Assembly: GCA_964398775.1 (NCBI GenBank)
Contig: CAYNND010000005.1
Coordinates: forward strand, 5,266-69,265
DNA: 64,000 nucleotides
From: an uncultured Candidatus Saccharibacteria bacterium
GTDB taxonomy: Bacteria; Patescibacteriota; Minisyncoccia; Phycocordibacterales; UBA2100
Direction of reading: 5' to 3'
Part shown: one piece after another, positions 29,678 through 38,724 of the stretch
Layout of the letters: each line of letters opens with the position of its first letter
Numbering within the stretch: the first letter of the stretch is position 1
The notes under the pieces: generated by a model
Databases searched by the model: none
What the model was told of the DNA's origin: nothing
The model's input: the letters and a program-made list of their open reading frames with translations, nothing else
Made by a program: the position numbers and the translations under genes

Positions 29678-30532
29678 TTATGGCTGAAATGTGAGAGTGC
29701 GTCGCTCTTTTCCGGTACCCGTGGTTATAGCGAAAGAACTGAGGTACTTCTGGTGCATGATGTCGAAAAAATGCATATCTGCAGTAAAAAGGTCGGTCAC
29801 ATCTTGTTCAAAAATAGTATCGTCTGATGCGAAAGTGTCATATTGTTCGCGTGCAGTATCATCAAACGTTACTGTTGTAAATATATAGCCCTTGGCACTT
29901 GCCTCTTTAAACAAAGCTACAACAGTAGGGTCAGCGCGAAGTGCTTCCCGCAAAGTCGTTGAGTCTGTTAGAATGAATTGAGCATCTTCATTCTGGATGT
30001 GTCCTGATATGCGTGGGAAATCTTTCAACGTGTATGACTCTGGAACAGTTGAATCTCTCAAAATCCAGAATAAGCGAACTGCACCAGGAATGTCCATTGC
30101 TTTTCTGTAGAAAGTGGGGTCAGTGTATATTTTATTTCGTGCATGCTCCGCATAGCGTCTCCCTATGTAAGCATTTCCAAACAAAAAGATAAAAAGTGAA
30201 CTAACAAGGAGTGTCACTAACTGCCCAAGAGCATCTTCTGCACTCAAGAAAGCAATTGCGAGAAGTGCTTTGACAGCAAAGATACTTGCTCCGAGTGTAC
30301 ACAGCATCACCACTACATCAGCGAAACGCTGCTTACGCGTGTCTTTTGCGGAGAGTCGTTCAAGCATGGATGCATAGGAAGGTGAAAATGTGTACGATGT
30401 GAATGCAATTGAATACGGCAAAATACTCTGCAGTTTGTGCATATCTATGTCAGCCATAGCTTTCCCCTCCATTACTAAAGATTGGTAGAATGTCTGTCTC
30501 TTTCTTGCTTCGTCAAGATCGTTATCTTGCAT
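29678..30532 (-). CDS. Hypothetical membrane protein (284 aa)
   Basis: Two central TM helices; no recognisable motif. Confidence 0.45.
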   Translation of the reverse strand: MQDNDLDEARKRQTFYQSLVMEGKAMADIDMHKLQSILPYSIAFTSYTFSPSYASMLERLSAKDTRKQRFADVVVMLCTLGASIFAVKALLAIAFLSAEDALGQLVTLLVSSLFIFLFGNAYIGRRYAEHARNKIYTDPTFYRKAMDIPGAVRLFWILRDSTVPESYTLKDFPRISGHIQNEDAQFILTDSTTLREALRADPTVVALFKEASAKGYIFTTVTFDDTAREQYDTFASDDTIFEQDVTDLFTADMHFFDIMHQKYLSSFAITTGTGKERRTLTFQP

Positions 30533-30535
30533 GAT

Positions 30536-31126
30536 CTATTCTAGCTCAAATAGTGCAATGTACTGTTCAACGTTGTCGATATCTATAGCTACAAGATACC
30601 GTACATACTCCGAAGCATTAAAGAAATCACAAATTGATTTCACCTCTTCTGTGCATTCAAAAGGGTAAATATACACTGAGCGCTGATACACTTTAAAGCC
30701 TATATCTTCGAGTTTCTGACGGAATGAATTACGAGTCGTAGTCATTTCCTTCGGGAAGTCAAACATCACTACTCTCCATTTTTTATCCCACCTCTTCGGG
30801 GTTGCGACTGAAAGATCCCATATAGCCACTTCTGCCAGCTTCACTTTCCCTTCTTGAGTCAGCAAAATATAATACTCGTCGCCGCGCTCCTTTATTGCGA
30901 TGCGGTTTTGCTCTTCAAGATACTTAATAGCTTTCCATATTCGATTACGCTCGAATCTATCTTGAGGTTTAAAATGGCTTATAACCTGCAATGCGTTAGC
31001 CTCAGCATGCGCAGAATCAAACTCAGCCTCAACGAGGCGAAGTATTGACTGAGCGAGCGATCCGCGCCCTGGTGTCCCAATGTGTCCAGTTACTGGACTC
31101 TGAGGGAGTACCTTTCTTTTCTTCAT
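30536..31126 (-). CDS. Putative transcriptional regulator: N-terminal winged helix plus C-terminal Cas2/PaaX-like (VapD-fold) domain
   Basis: C-terminal block RVVMFDFPKE…RNSFRQKLEDIGFKVYQRSVYIYPF resembles the Cas2 / PaaX middle-domain fold pattern. The N-terminal region is wHTH-like. Confidence 0.45.
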   Translation of the reverse strand: MKKRKVLPQSPVTGHIGTPGRGSLAQSILRLVEAEFDSAHAEANALQVISHFKPQDRFERNRIWKAIKYLEEQNRIAIKERGDEYYILLTQEGKVKLAEVAIWDLSVATPKRWDKKWRVVMFDFPKEMTTTRNSFRQKLEDIGFKVYQRSVYIYPFECTEEVKSICDFFNASEYVRYLVAIDIDNVEQYIALFELE

Positions 31127-31231
31127 AACCTGAGACTATCACTGCTTGCGTAATATTTCAAACGCTCAGTACTGGGCTGATATGCACATGAGGGATAGAA
31201 TATACGACACATATCATGCTACTCTTAAAAA

Positions 31232-31702
31232 ATGAGTAAAAAACTCAGTGGGTTCACACTTATCGAGCTCCTTGTTGTTATAGCAATCATTGGTGTACTT
31301 TCTGCCGTAGTGCTTGCGTCTATGAATGCTTCGCGCGGCAAGGCGCGGTACACGCGCATCCTCGAAGATTTTCGCTCGATCGAGACTGCTGTTCGTCTTG
31401 CGTATGATGCAAATAAAGCTTACCCTACTGATGTTCTTTGGGGGGTCTTTCCTCCCGAGCTGACACAGTATTTGAGTCGATGGCCAAAACCGCCTTGTAG
31501 TGGCTGGACATATGATTATGAAAATTGGTCAGATGGACGCATCTATGTGACTGCACGAAATGCATCAAATGATGATGTGGTGTATTACTGTATTGAAGAT
31601 GAAAGCGAAAATTGTCCAAATACAGCATCGGCACCAAGTTCGGGCTCGATAAATATAGTTACCGATTGGCCTGCAAAGGCAATTCAGTGTACAGAATTAT
31701 AG
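31232..31702 (+). CDS. Type IV pilin / pseudopilin paralog with prepilin N-terminal motif
   Basis: MSKKLSGFTLIELLVVIAIIGVLSAVVLAS. The N-terminus is about 80% identical to the pilin at 469..966, with C-terminal Cys residues. Confidence 0.85.
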   Translation: MSKKLSGFTLIELLVVIAIIGVLSAVVLASMNASRGKARYTRILEDFRSIETAVRLAYDANKAYPTDVLWGVFPPELTQYLSRWPKPPCSGWTYDYENWSDGRIYVTARNASNDDVVYYCIEDESENCPNTASAPSSGSINIVTDWPAKAIQCTEL

Positions 31703-31712
31703 ATTTTTTGCG

Positions 31713-32290
31713 CTACTTTGCTACTGTTACGCGAGCTGGTCTGATTACTCTCCCCGAAAGCTCATATCCTGCACGCTGCACTTTTGCGATATGCCCAGCT
31801 GAAAATTCGGAATTTTCAATATCACCTGATGGGTCGTGTCGCATTGGGTCGAAGATTTCACCCACTTTCCCAAACGGCTTAATGCCATTTTCTTCGAGTA
31901 CTTTTTTAAATTGAGTGTGGATGTACTCAATGCCAATTCTCCAATTAGCATCAACCTTTTCCCATGCTGCTCCAGTAAAGGCTGCATCAAAGGCATCAAG
32001 CACGGGGAGCAGATCTTCTAGCAATCGTTCTTTCACTATATCGCCAACTCGTGTTCGCTCCTCCGCAGCAGCTCTGTCTCTATTGACGACATCAGCTTTC
32101 ATGCGCTGCCAGCCATCGAGATACTCTTGCTTCTCTTTCTCCAGTAACTTGATTCTATTGCGAAGCTTCTGGATGGCTGCTGCGCCAGCATCATCCTCAT
32201 ATACTACTTCGCTGTTTGTATCTCCTTGATCGTTGCTTTCGTTTGAATTTTTAGTATGTATATCGTCTGTCATTGCGTTAGTATAGGACA
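31713..32290 (-). CDS. grpE: Nucleotide exchange factor GrpE
   Basis: Coiled-coil N-terminal region; C-terminal FDPMRHDP…VQRAGYELSGRVIRPARVTVAK GrpE signature. The ORF is open to 32429; the likely start is MSYTNAM at 32290. Confidence 0.85.
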
Positions 32291-33193
32291 TTGTTACCAA
32301 AAGAAAAGTGCCCGATATGGTATGCTTTTGCAATGGGAGAGGCTGAACAACACCATGAAGCAAGCCCATCTTCAGATCGTCGGTGGGTATCTCGTGAAGT
32401 CCCGGAGACTGGCAAAGAGCATTTTGCATCTCAATATGCGTTTGCTCAAAAAATCCATGAACGCACTGGAATGGATATGGACCAGTGCATCATGCGCTTT
32501 ACTTCACTGATACGTGGCTACATGTATGTCCCAGTGCGCAATATTGTGAGAGGGAGACGTAGAAACAATATTCCCTTTGAGCGTCTGGTTGATGAAGCAT
32601 ATGCAGTGTACAAAAAAGGCTTCGACGCCTCAAAAGAAAAAGGGAATACTTCTATCCAATACGAGTCCACTGAAGAAGCTGTTGGTTGGAAGAGATTTGG
32701 GTGTTTTTCGTATGAAGTACTCTTCAGTAAACCAGGCCATGTAGTCCACCTACATTTCAATAACTATGAGTATGATGCAACCGCTTCCCCGCTCTCAGCA
32801 GCAAAACAAGCTCAACGTATACAAGAACTCACAGACCTGTTTAGACACTTAAAAATGCATTACCCTCAGGTAACACATGTGGAGGGAAATTCATGGATAT
32901 ACAACTTAACTGGATATTGCTCACTACTTCCTGATTCATATACGCGAAGCCTCGCGTCGATAGACGATACTCGTGACCTCTGGCAAACAGGTTCGATTTG
33001 GGGGCAGTTTGTTCGTGCAGACGGCTCACTCGATACTCAACGCATGGAAATGCTCTTGAATGCAGCTGAATTAATCGTACCTTGCACACATGAGCTCGAG
33101 CTGTACAAGATGCTCAATGCAATACTTCCGCTAAAACCACTCTCAGCACGCGGCTCCGTAAAAGATTTCTATGCTCACTACGGCATTGAGTAA
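32291..33193 (+). CDS. Hypothetical protein (about 285-300 aa)
   Basis: Long uninterrupted ORF. The start is uncertain (TTG at 32291, first ATG at 32333). No recognised domain. Confidence 0.4.
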   Translation: MLPKEKCPIWYAFAMGEAEQHHEASPSSDRRWVSREVPETGKEHFASQYAFAQKIHERTGMDMDQCIMRFTSLIRGYMYVPVRNIVRGRRRNNIPFERLVDEAYAVYKKGFDASKEKGNTSIQYESTEEAVGWKRFGCFSYEVLFSKPGHVVHLHFNNYEYDATASPLSAAKQAQRIQELTDLFRHLKMHYPQVTHVEGNSWIYNLTGYCSLLPDSYTRSLASIDDTRDLWQTGSIWGQFVRADGSLDTQRMEMLLNAAELIVPCTHELELYKMLNAILPLKPLSARGSVKDFYAHYGIE

Positions 33194-33273
33194 TTGCAAT
33201 GCGCATTTTTGAGCTTATTGTCTTCATAATATATTGGGGTGAGGCACTGAGTTGTGCCGCACCCCATTGTTGT

Positions 33274-33462
33274 TCACCACTGAATTTGTAACCACACCTT
33301 GATAGTCGGCCAAATCAGTGGTTTACAATAGGACCAAAGTGACCGAAATACCCATCCCCAGAAGGCTACCGTAGCGATTACGGCAACAACTACGAATACA
33401 GTAAACGGCCAATCGATCTTTCTTCGCTTAGGTACGTTTGTAGGCATCAGAACCTCATACAC
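33274..33462 (-). CDS. Small hypothetical membrane protein
   Basis: 62-aa ORF with one TM segment; weak support. Confidence 0.25.
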   Translation of the reverse strand: MYEVLMPTNVPKRRKIDWPFTVFVVVAVIATVAFWGWVFRSLWSYCKPLIWPTIKVWLQIQW

Positions 33463-33504
33463 TACCTAGAATGAAAGCCTAACAAGTATATATCGACTTG
33501 CAAC

Positions 33505-33535
33505 AAAAAATACCCCGGGAGGGGTATTTTTTGTA
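33505..33535 (-). terminator. Hairpin terminator downstream of rpsI
   Basis: aaaaaataccccgggaggggtatttttt: GC stem with an A-run and a T-run (bidirectional). Confidence 0.6.
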
Positions 33536-33540
33536 AGTAA

Positions 33541-33930
33541 TTAACGCTTTGACCATTGTGGCGATCGGCGCGCTTTCTTGAGACCAAACTTCTTTCGCTC
33601 CACAGCACGAGAGTCGCGAGTGAGGAAACCTTTTGCCTTCAAATCTGCGCGAAGCGAGACATCCATCTTAAGAAGTGCACGAGCTACACCAAGACGAATT
33701 GCCTCTGCTTGCGCTGATGGCCCACCACCTTTTGTCATCGCTGATATCTCAAGAGTTTGACCTTCAGCAGACGCAAGTGCGTTCATGCGCTGTACAGCAG
33801 TTTTAAAATATTCTTCAAACTTTCTACCATTTACAGTAAGAGTAGTTTTCTTAGCTGCAGGCACAATGCGAACACGTGCTGTAGCTGTTTTACGTCTTCC
33901 AATTCCTTCAAAATACTTTTCTTTTGTCAT
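33541..33930 (-). CDS. rpsI: 30S ribosomal protein S9
   Basis: GRRKTATARV…; C-terminal …SPQWSKR. Confidence 0.95.
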   Translation of the reverse strand: MTKEKYFEGIGRRKTATARVRIVPAAKKTTLTVNGRKFEEYFKTAVQRMNALASAEGQTLEISAMTKGGGPSAQAEAIRLGVARALLKMDVSLRADLKAKGFLTRDSRAVERKKFGLKKARRSPQWSKR

Positions 33931-33937
33931 GGTAGTT

Positions 33938-34300
33938 CTATTTCTTAATAATGAGATTCTTCATTCGTTTTGTGCGGAGTGTATTTCTTGGAAGCATTCG
34001 AGAAACTGCAGTTCTCAAAACCTCATCATGACCAAACTTTTCAATCATTCTGCGCATTGAGATATGTCGAAGTCCACCTGGGTATCCAGAGTACTTAACA
34101 TATTGCTTCGTTCCTTCACGAGCATCTGGAATATCAAGCTCTGTTACGTTTTCAATTGTGACAGTTACTGGTGCTACGATTCTCTTCTCTGCGTCAACCC
34201 GGTCTTTCCCAAGTAGTAAAGATGCTATTTTACTAGCTGCACGTCCAAGGCGCATACCTTTCACGTCAACGACATGATTTTTTGTTTCTTGTGTTTTCAT
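33938..34300 (-). CDS. rplM: 50S ribosomal protein L13
   Basis: HVVDVKGMRLGRAASKIASLLLGK. The ORF is open to 34405; the likely start is MKTQETK at 34300. Confidence 0.9.
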   Translation of the reverse strand: MKTQETKNHVVDVKGMRLGRAASKIASLLLGKDRVDAEKRIVAPVTVTIENVTELDIPDAREGTKQYVKYSGYPGGLRHISMRRMIEKFGHDEVLRTAVSRMLPRNTLRTKRMKNLIIKK

Positions 34301-34301
34301 G

Positions 34302-34655
34302 TTATACAAATTCAATTCGCGCCTCGTCATGAGCAACATTAGTTGCTGTTCCGAGCTTGGTAATGCGTGTGTATCCACCTGCTCGCTTCTCATAGCGCGG
34401 TGCAATGGTTGCGTGAAGTTTCGCTACTGTCTCATCATCGTTTCCAAGTCGAGCTGCAAGCAAGCGTCGTGAAGCAACTGTGTTCTTTTTGGCCGTTGTA
34501 ACCATCTTCTCGATGTATGGACGAAGCTCTTTAGCCTTAGCTACTGTCGTTACGATAGCCTCCTCCTTTACGAGCGAACGCGCAAGAGAGCGCATAAGTG
34601 CAGTTCTCTGGTTTGTTGGTCGTCCGAAGTTTCTTGTTTTGTTGTGGTGTTTCAT
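34302..34655 (-). CDS. rplQ: 50S ribosomal protein L17
   Basis: MKHHNKTRNFGRPTNQRTALMRSLA… classic L17 N-terminus. Confidence 0.95.
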   Translation of the reverse strand: MKHHNKTRNFGRPTNQRTALMRSLARSLVKEEAIVTTVAKAKELRPYIEKMVTTAKKNTVASRRLLAARLGNDDETVAKLHATIAPRYEKRAGGYTRITKLGTATNVAHDEARIEFV

Positions 34656-34669
34656 AGGTCTAAACTAAA

Positions 34670-35650
34670 TTATGCTCGAAGTGAAATACCCTTGTCGTGC
34701 AGTACTTTCTTAATTTCCTGTACTCCCTTCTGTCCAAGGCCTTGTATTGCAAGAAGGTCCTCTTCGCGCTTTCTGACAAGACCGCCAAGTGTACGAATAC
34801 CTGCCTCATCAACTACCGCAAAGACGCGCGGAGTAAGTCCAAGCTCTTCTACTCGCATCTTGAGGATTTCCATATCTCCTTGGAGCGGGATTTCCTCACG
34901 TGGCGCAGCTTTCTTAACCTCTACTTTTTCAACTGGAGCAAGTGTCTCCTCTTTGAAACCAATTATTGCCTTGAGCTGATGAATCATGATGTCAATTGAT
35001 TGCTCAAGTGCTGCTCGTGGTGTGACAGTACCATCAGTCTCAACAGTAATCTTCAAGCGATTGAAGTCTGTTCTATCACCAACACGCATATTCTCAACTT
35101 CGTAGTTTACTCGGCGTATAGGAGAAAATGCTGCATCAAGTGCGATTGCACCAATTTCAACACGATCTTTATGGATTATTTCCTTTGGAATAAAACCAAT
35201 GTTTTTCTCAATAGTAGCCTCAATTTCAAGCTTCTTCTTTGATGCAACCTCGCAGATATACTGGTCAGGGTTTAAGACCTGTACTTGCCCAGGAACTTTG
35301 ATATCCGCTGCAGTAACTTGCTTCTCTCCTGTGATTGAGAGTGAGATGCGCTGGGGCTCTGCTCCGTCCATTTGAAAGCGTACTCTCTTCAAGTTCAAAA
35401 GCAAAGTGATAATGTCCTCCTTAACACCCTCAAGTGTTGAAAATTCATGTGTAACGCCTTCAATTTTGACGTTCGTGATCGCAACACCAGGAAGCGACGA
35501 AAGTATGATCCTTCGAAGTGAGTTACCGATAGTGTGTCCGTATCCTGGGAAAAAGCCGTCAATCTCAAAGACTGCTCGGTTACCTTCCTCTTTCACTGCT
35601 CGTGGCTTTGATGGGAGTACGATGTGGTGTTCTGACATACGTGTATACAA
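34670..35650 (-). CDS. rpoA: DNA-directed RNA polymerase subunit alpha
   Basis: FEIDGFFPGYGHTIGNSLRRIILSSLPG N-terminal domain; C-terminal alpha-CTD. Confidence 0.95.
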   Translation of the reverse strand: MYTRMSEHHIVLPSKPRAVKEEGNRAVFEIDGFFPGYGHTIGNSLRRIILSSLPGVAITNVKIEGVTHEFSTLEGVKEDIITLLLNLKRVRFQMDGAEPQRISLSITGEKQVTAADIKVPGQVQVLNPDQYICEVASKKKLEIEATIEKNIGFIPKEIIHKDRVEIGAIALDAAFSPIRRVNYEVENMRVGDRTDFNRLKITVETDGTVTPRAALEQSIDIMIHQLKAIIGFKEETLAPVEKVEVKKAAPREEIPLQGDMEILKMRVEELGLTPRVFAVVDEAGIRTLGGLVRKREEDLLAIQGLGQKGVQEIKKVLHDKGISLRA

Positions 35651-35673
35651 TTAAACTAAGTAAAAAGACACTA

Positions 35674-36270
35674 CTATCGGGTGTAGAACTCGAAGATCAT
35701 TGCTAGGTCAAACATTGACTCGCTACTCTTGAACACTGGGATTGTAGCAATCGTTGCCTCTTTTTTGTCCGTATCAACTGTGAACCATGAAGCTGGATGT
35801 GTCCAATCAGCATTCTGGAAAAGTACCCCATCCTTACTTCCAAGTCGTACCCCAACTACATCTGAAACCTTTAATGCCTGTGATGGCGTTGTGATGCGTC
35901 GTCCGTTGATAGTTATGTGACCGTGTGCAACCATCTGTCGTGCCATGCGGCGAGTTTTAGCGAGTCCAATTCGGTAAATTGCGTTGTCGGCTCGCATTTC
36001 AAGCGCAGCGAACAATGCCGCAGGTGAATCTTTTGCTGTAATAGTTTGGTGGATATACTTTTGAAGTTGCTTCTCAGTAATTCCGTATGCAAAACGTACT
36101 TTCTGCTTTTCTTTAAATTGCTTTCCATAATCAGAAAGTGTTGCTGGTCGCTTCCCTCGCTTACTGTTTTTCGATCGTGCTTCTGAAACAGCAAACTTCT
36201 GTGTCTGTGTTTTCTCGAAGATTGGTGCTCCGAGTCTTTTTGCCAATTTGAATCGTGGTCCAAGTTTCAT
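35674..36270 (-). CDS. rpsD: 30S ribosomal protein S4
   Basis: MKLGPRFKLAKRLG…; S4 domain. Confidence 0.95.
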   Translation of the reverse strand: MKLGPRFKLAKRLGAPIFEKTQTQKFAVSEARSKNSKRGKRPATLSDYGKQFKEKQKVRFAYGITEKQLQKYIHQTITAKDSPAALFAALEMRADNAIYRIGLAKTRRMARQMVAHGHITINGRRITTPSQALKVSDVVGVRLGSKDGVLFQNADWTHPASWFTVDTDKKEATIATIPVFKSSESMFDLAMIFEFYTR

Positions 36271-36290
36271 AGTAGTTCTTTCTTATGGGA

Positions 36291-36725
36291 TTAGATGCGT
36301 CGTGGTTTTGGTGCTCGGGGACCATTGTGTGGGACCGGAGTATCATCGACAATCTTTGTAATACCAATACCTTTTCCTGCAAATGAGCGAAGTGCAGACT
36401 CACGTCCTGATCCTACGCCACGGATAACTACAGAAACATCCTTAACTCCCATGAGTTGCGCTTTCTCACCAATAAGCTCTCCAACCTTAGCTGCAGCAAA
36501 CGGTGTGCCTTTCTTTGCGCCCGCAAAGCCGAGTGCGCCAGATGATGACCACATGACAACGTTGCCGTTTTCATCAGTCAAAGCAACCTTAGTGTTGTTG
36601 TAAGTAGCCTGAATTGTAAGAATACCGCGAACGATTTTCTTTGCGCCAGCTTTTGAAAGTGCACGTGATCGAAGTTCTCGGTCAACGCCCTTACCTGTCT
36701 GCTTAATGATTCTTTTCTTTCCCAT
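36291..36725 (-). CDS. rpsK: 30S ribosomal protein S11
   Basis: …IQATYNNTKVALTDENGNVVMWSSSG… signature. Confidence 0.95.
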   Translation of the reverse strand: MGKKRIIKQTGKGVDRELRSRALSKAGAKKIVRGILTIQATYNNTKVALTDENGNVVMWSSSGALGFAGAKKGTPFAAAKVGELIGEKAQLMGVKDVSVVIRGVGSGRESALRSFAGKGIGITKIVDDTPVPHNGPRAPKPRRI

Positions 36726-36810
36726 ATGTGTTTAAACTTTTTTGTTTTGGCTTGCTTCGGCACCGTTTCAGCCCTATGGATGCCTGTTATTAATATACGA
36801 ACAAAATTGA

Positions 36811-37191
36811 CTATGTCTTTTCGAGCTTTCGTCGACCACTTGTCATCGTCTTTCTGACGTTTCCACGAATGGTTCTATTGTTTGTACGGGTCGTCTGACC
36901 GTGTACCGGGAGCTTCTTTGCATGTCTATCACCTCTCCACGCTTTAATTTCTTTCAATCGTTTTATGTTTGCTGATATTTCGCGTCGAAGGTTACCCTCG
37001 ATTGAGCGTGATTCAACTTCTGTGCGTATCGCGTTTTCCTGATCAGTCGTGAGATCCTTTGGTCGAGCACCAAAATCTACTTTCACTTTTGAAAGTATCT
37101 TATGTGCGAGTGGGCGTCCGATACCGTAGACTGCTGTGAGTCCGATCTCGATTCGCTTCTCTTCTGGAATGTTTACACCTGCGATACGCAT
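36811..37191 (-). CDS. rpsM: 30S ribosomal protein S13
   Basis: MRIAGVNIPEEKRIEIGLTAVYGIG…. Confidence 0.95.
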   Translation of the reverse strand: MRIAGVNIPEEKRIEIGLTAVYGIGRPLAHKILSKVKVDFGARPKDLTTDQENAIRTEVESRSIEGNLRREISANIKRLKEIKAWRGDRHAKKLPVHGQTTRTNNRTIRGNVRKTMTSGRRKLEKT

Positions 37192-37219
37192 ACGATTGCT
37201 TCGTTATATAAATAATAAA

Positions 37220-37333
37220 TTAACCTTGTCGCTGTTTGTGTCTTGGATTTTTGCAAACTATCTGTATTGCACCTCGTCGGCGTACGGTCTTGCAGTCTTT
37301 GCATCGTGGTTTTATTGAAGCTTTTACTTTCAT
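37220..37333 (-). CDS. rpmJ: 50S ribosomal protein L36 (not in the ORF track; found by manual translation)
   Basis: Minus-strand translation gives [37 protein letters not shown], with the canonical L36 Cys/His zinc ribbon. It sits between infA and rpsM as expected. Confidence 0.9.
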   Translation of the reverse strand: MKVKASIKPRCKDCKTVRRRGAIQIVCKNPRHKQRQG

Positions 37334-37338
37334 AGAAA

Positions 37339-37554
37339 TTACATACGACGAGTAATACGTGCTCTTCCGCCATAGGAGTCGAGTTGAATCTCAACCTTAT
37401 CGCCAACGAGCACTTTGATGCGATTGAAGCGCATCTTTCCTGCTAGGTACGCGAGAACCTGTGTATCTTCTCCATCGAGAGTTACACGAAAGAGTGTATT
37501 CGGCAAAGCCTCGTCTACAACTCCAGTTCTCAATAATTCTTTGTTCGTACTCAC
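37339..37554 (-). CDS. infA: Translation initiation factor IF-1
   Basis: …[51 protein letters not shown]… S1-like OB fold. Confidence 0.95.
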   Translation of the reverse strand: MSTNKELLRTGVVDEALPNTLFRVTLDGEDTQVLAYLAGKMRFNRIKVLVGDKVEIQLDSYGGRARITRRM

Positions 37555-37640
37555 AGGTAAAAATGTGCATTACATAACCATGCACAAGTGGGGGGTATAT
37601 TACCAGAGAGCCTATATACTGTCAAACCGCAGTGTCCCTA

Positions 37641-38678
37641 CTATCGCTGACTATCAATGTATAACCTCTTTTTTGAGAGGTGTTCTTCGTATGTTTTGCT
37701 GTAATAGGTGGTTCCACCACTGTCTGCTAGATAGAAAATGTAAGGGTGTGAGGACGGCTCTAGTACAGCACGTATTGAACTCAGTCCTGGATTGTTTATG
37801 GGTCCAGGAGGGAGGCCAGTATGTACATACGTGTTGTACGGAGACTGATGCTTGAGGTCTTCACGTGAGAGTCCGAAAGTTCCCTTTCCGAGTATATAGA
37901 GGAACGTTGCGTCAACTTGCAGAGGCATATTGATTTTAAGTCTGTTGTTGATGACGCCTGCGATCATATGTCTGTCCTTCTTGTCACTCTCTTCTTTTTC
38001 AATAATAGATGCAATTGTAAGTATCTCGTGAAGATTGTATGGTGATGATTCTATCTCATCCTTATATGGCTCAAGCTTCTTGTTTAAAGTCTCCTTCAGT
38101 ACCTTTATGAGATCCTGCTCTTTTATGTTTGGGAGTACATAGTAGGTGTCGGGAAATAGATATCCTTCAAATTTTTCTGCCTCATCTACAAACTTTGTTT
38201 TATCGAAATGCATGAGCTTGCCATCAAGTATCTTTGCGATTTCCTTTGCTGTACTACCTTCTGGAATAAGAATTTTTACCGGCTCAAGCCCAAATGCTCC
38301 ACTCGTGATACGTTTAGCAACTTTCATTAAGGTGATAGGTTCTTTGAAGACGTAATCACCAGCATAGACTTTTTCAGCCTTTCCCTGAATTTGAATGATT
38401 CGTCTAAGCCACCATCCTGATGATATTACATGCTTTTCTTCGAGAAGTTCCGCTGCATCAGACACACTTGTTCCTTCAGGTATAGTCACATATCCATCTA
38501 CTGGAAATTGTGACGGTGGGAGATTGATGTATGCATAGAACGAACTAACACATGCGGCGATAAGAACAATGATAACTATAGTTCTTCGGTTCGTGTTCTT
38601 GTTCCATGAAGACTCATCAGACAGTATTGCGTTCTCAATTGAATCTACAGTAGTTTCTTGAGTGTTTTTTTCAGACAT
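37641..38678 (-). CDS. mltG: Endolytic murein transglycosylase MltG (YceG family)
   Basis: N-terminal TM; C-terminal YNTYVHTGLPPGPINNPG hallmark of YceG/MltG. Confidence 0.85.
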   Translation of the reverse strand: MSEKNTQETTVDSIENAILSDESSWNKNTNRRTIVIIVLIAACVSSFYAYINLPPSQFPVDGYVTIPEGTSVSDAAELLEEKHVISSGWWLRRIIQIQGKAEKVYAGDYVFKEPITLMKVAKRITSGAFGLEPVKILIPEGSTAKEIAKILDGKLMHFDKTKFVDEAEKFEGYLFPDTYYVLPNIKEQDLIKVLKETLNKKLEPYKDEIESSPYNLHEILTIASIIEKEESDKKDRHMIAGVINNRLKINMPLQVDATFLYILGKGTFGLSREDLKHQSPYNTYVHTGLPPGPINNPGLSSIRAVLEPSSHPYIFYLADSGGTTYYSKTYEEHLSKKRLYIDSQR

Positions 38679-38724
38679 ACAAAAAGCTTAACACGAGAAA
38701 AACATACTGTAGAACTTTTTACAC

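Noticed and set aside
30536-31126. Cas2-like domain as evidence of a CRISPR-Cas locus
   Set aside because: No repeats or spacers and no cas1 or other cas genes anywhere in the window; the fold also occurs in PaaX-type regulators.
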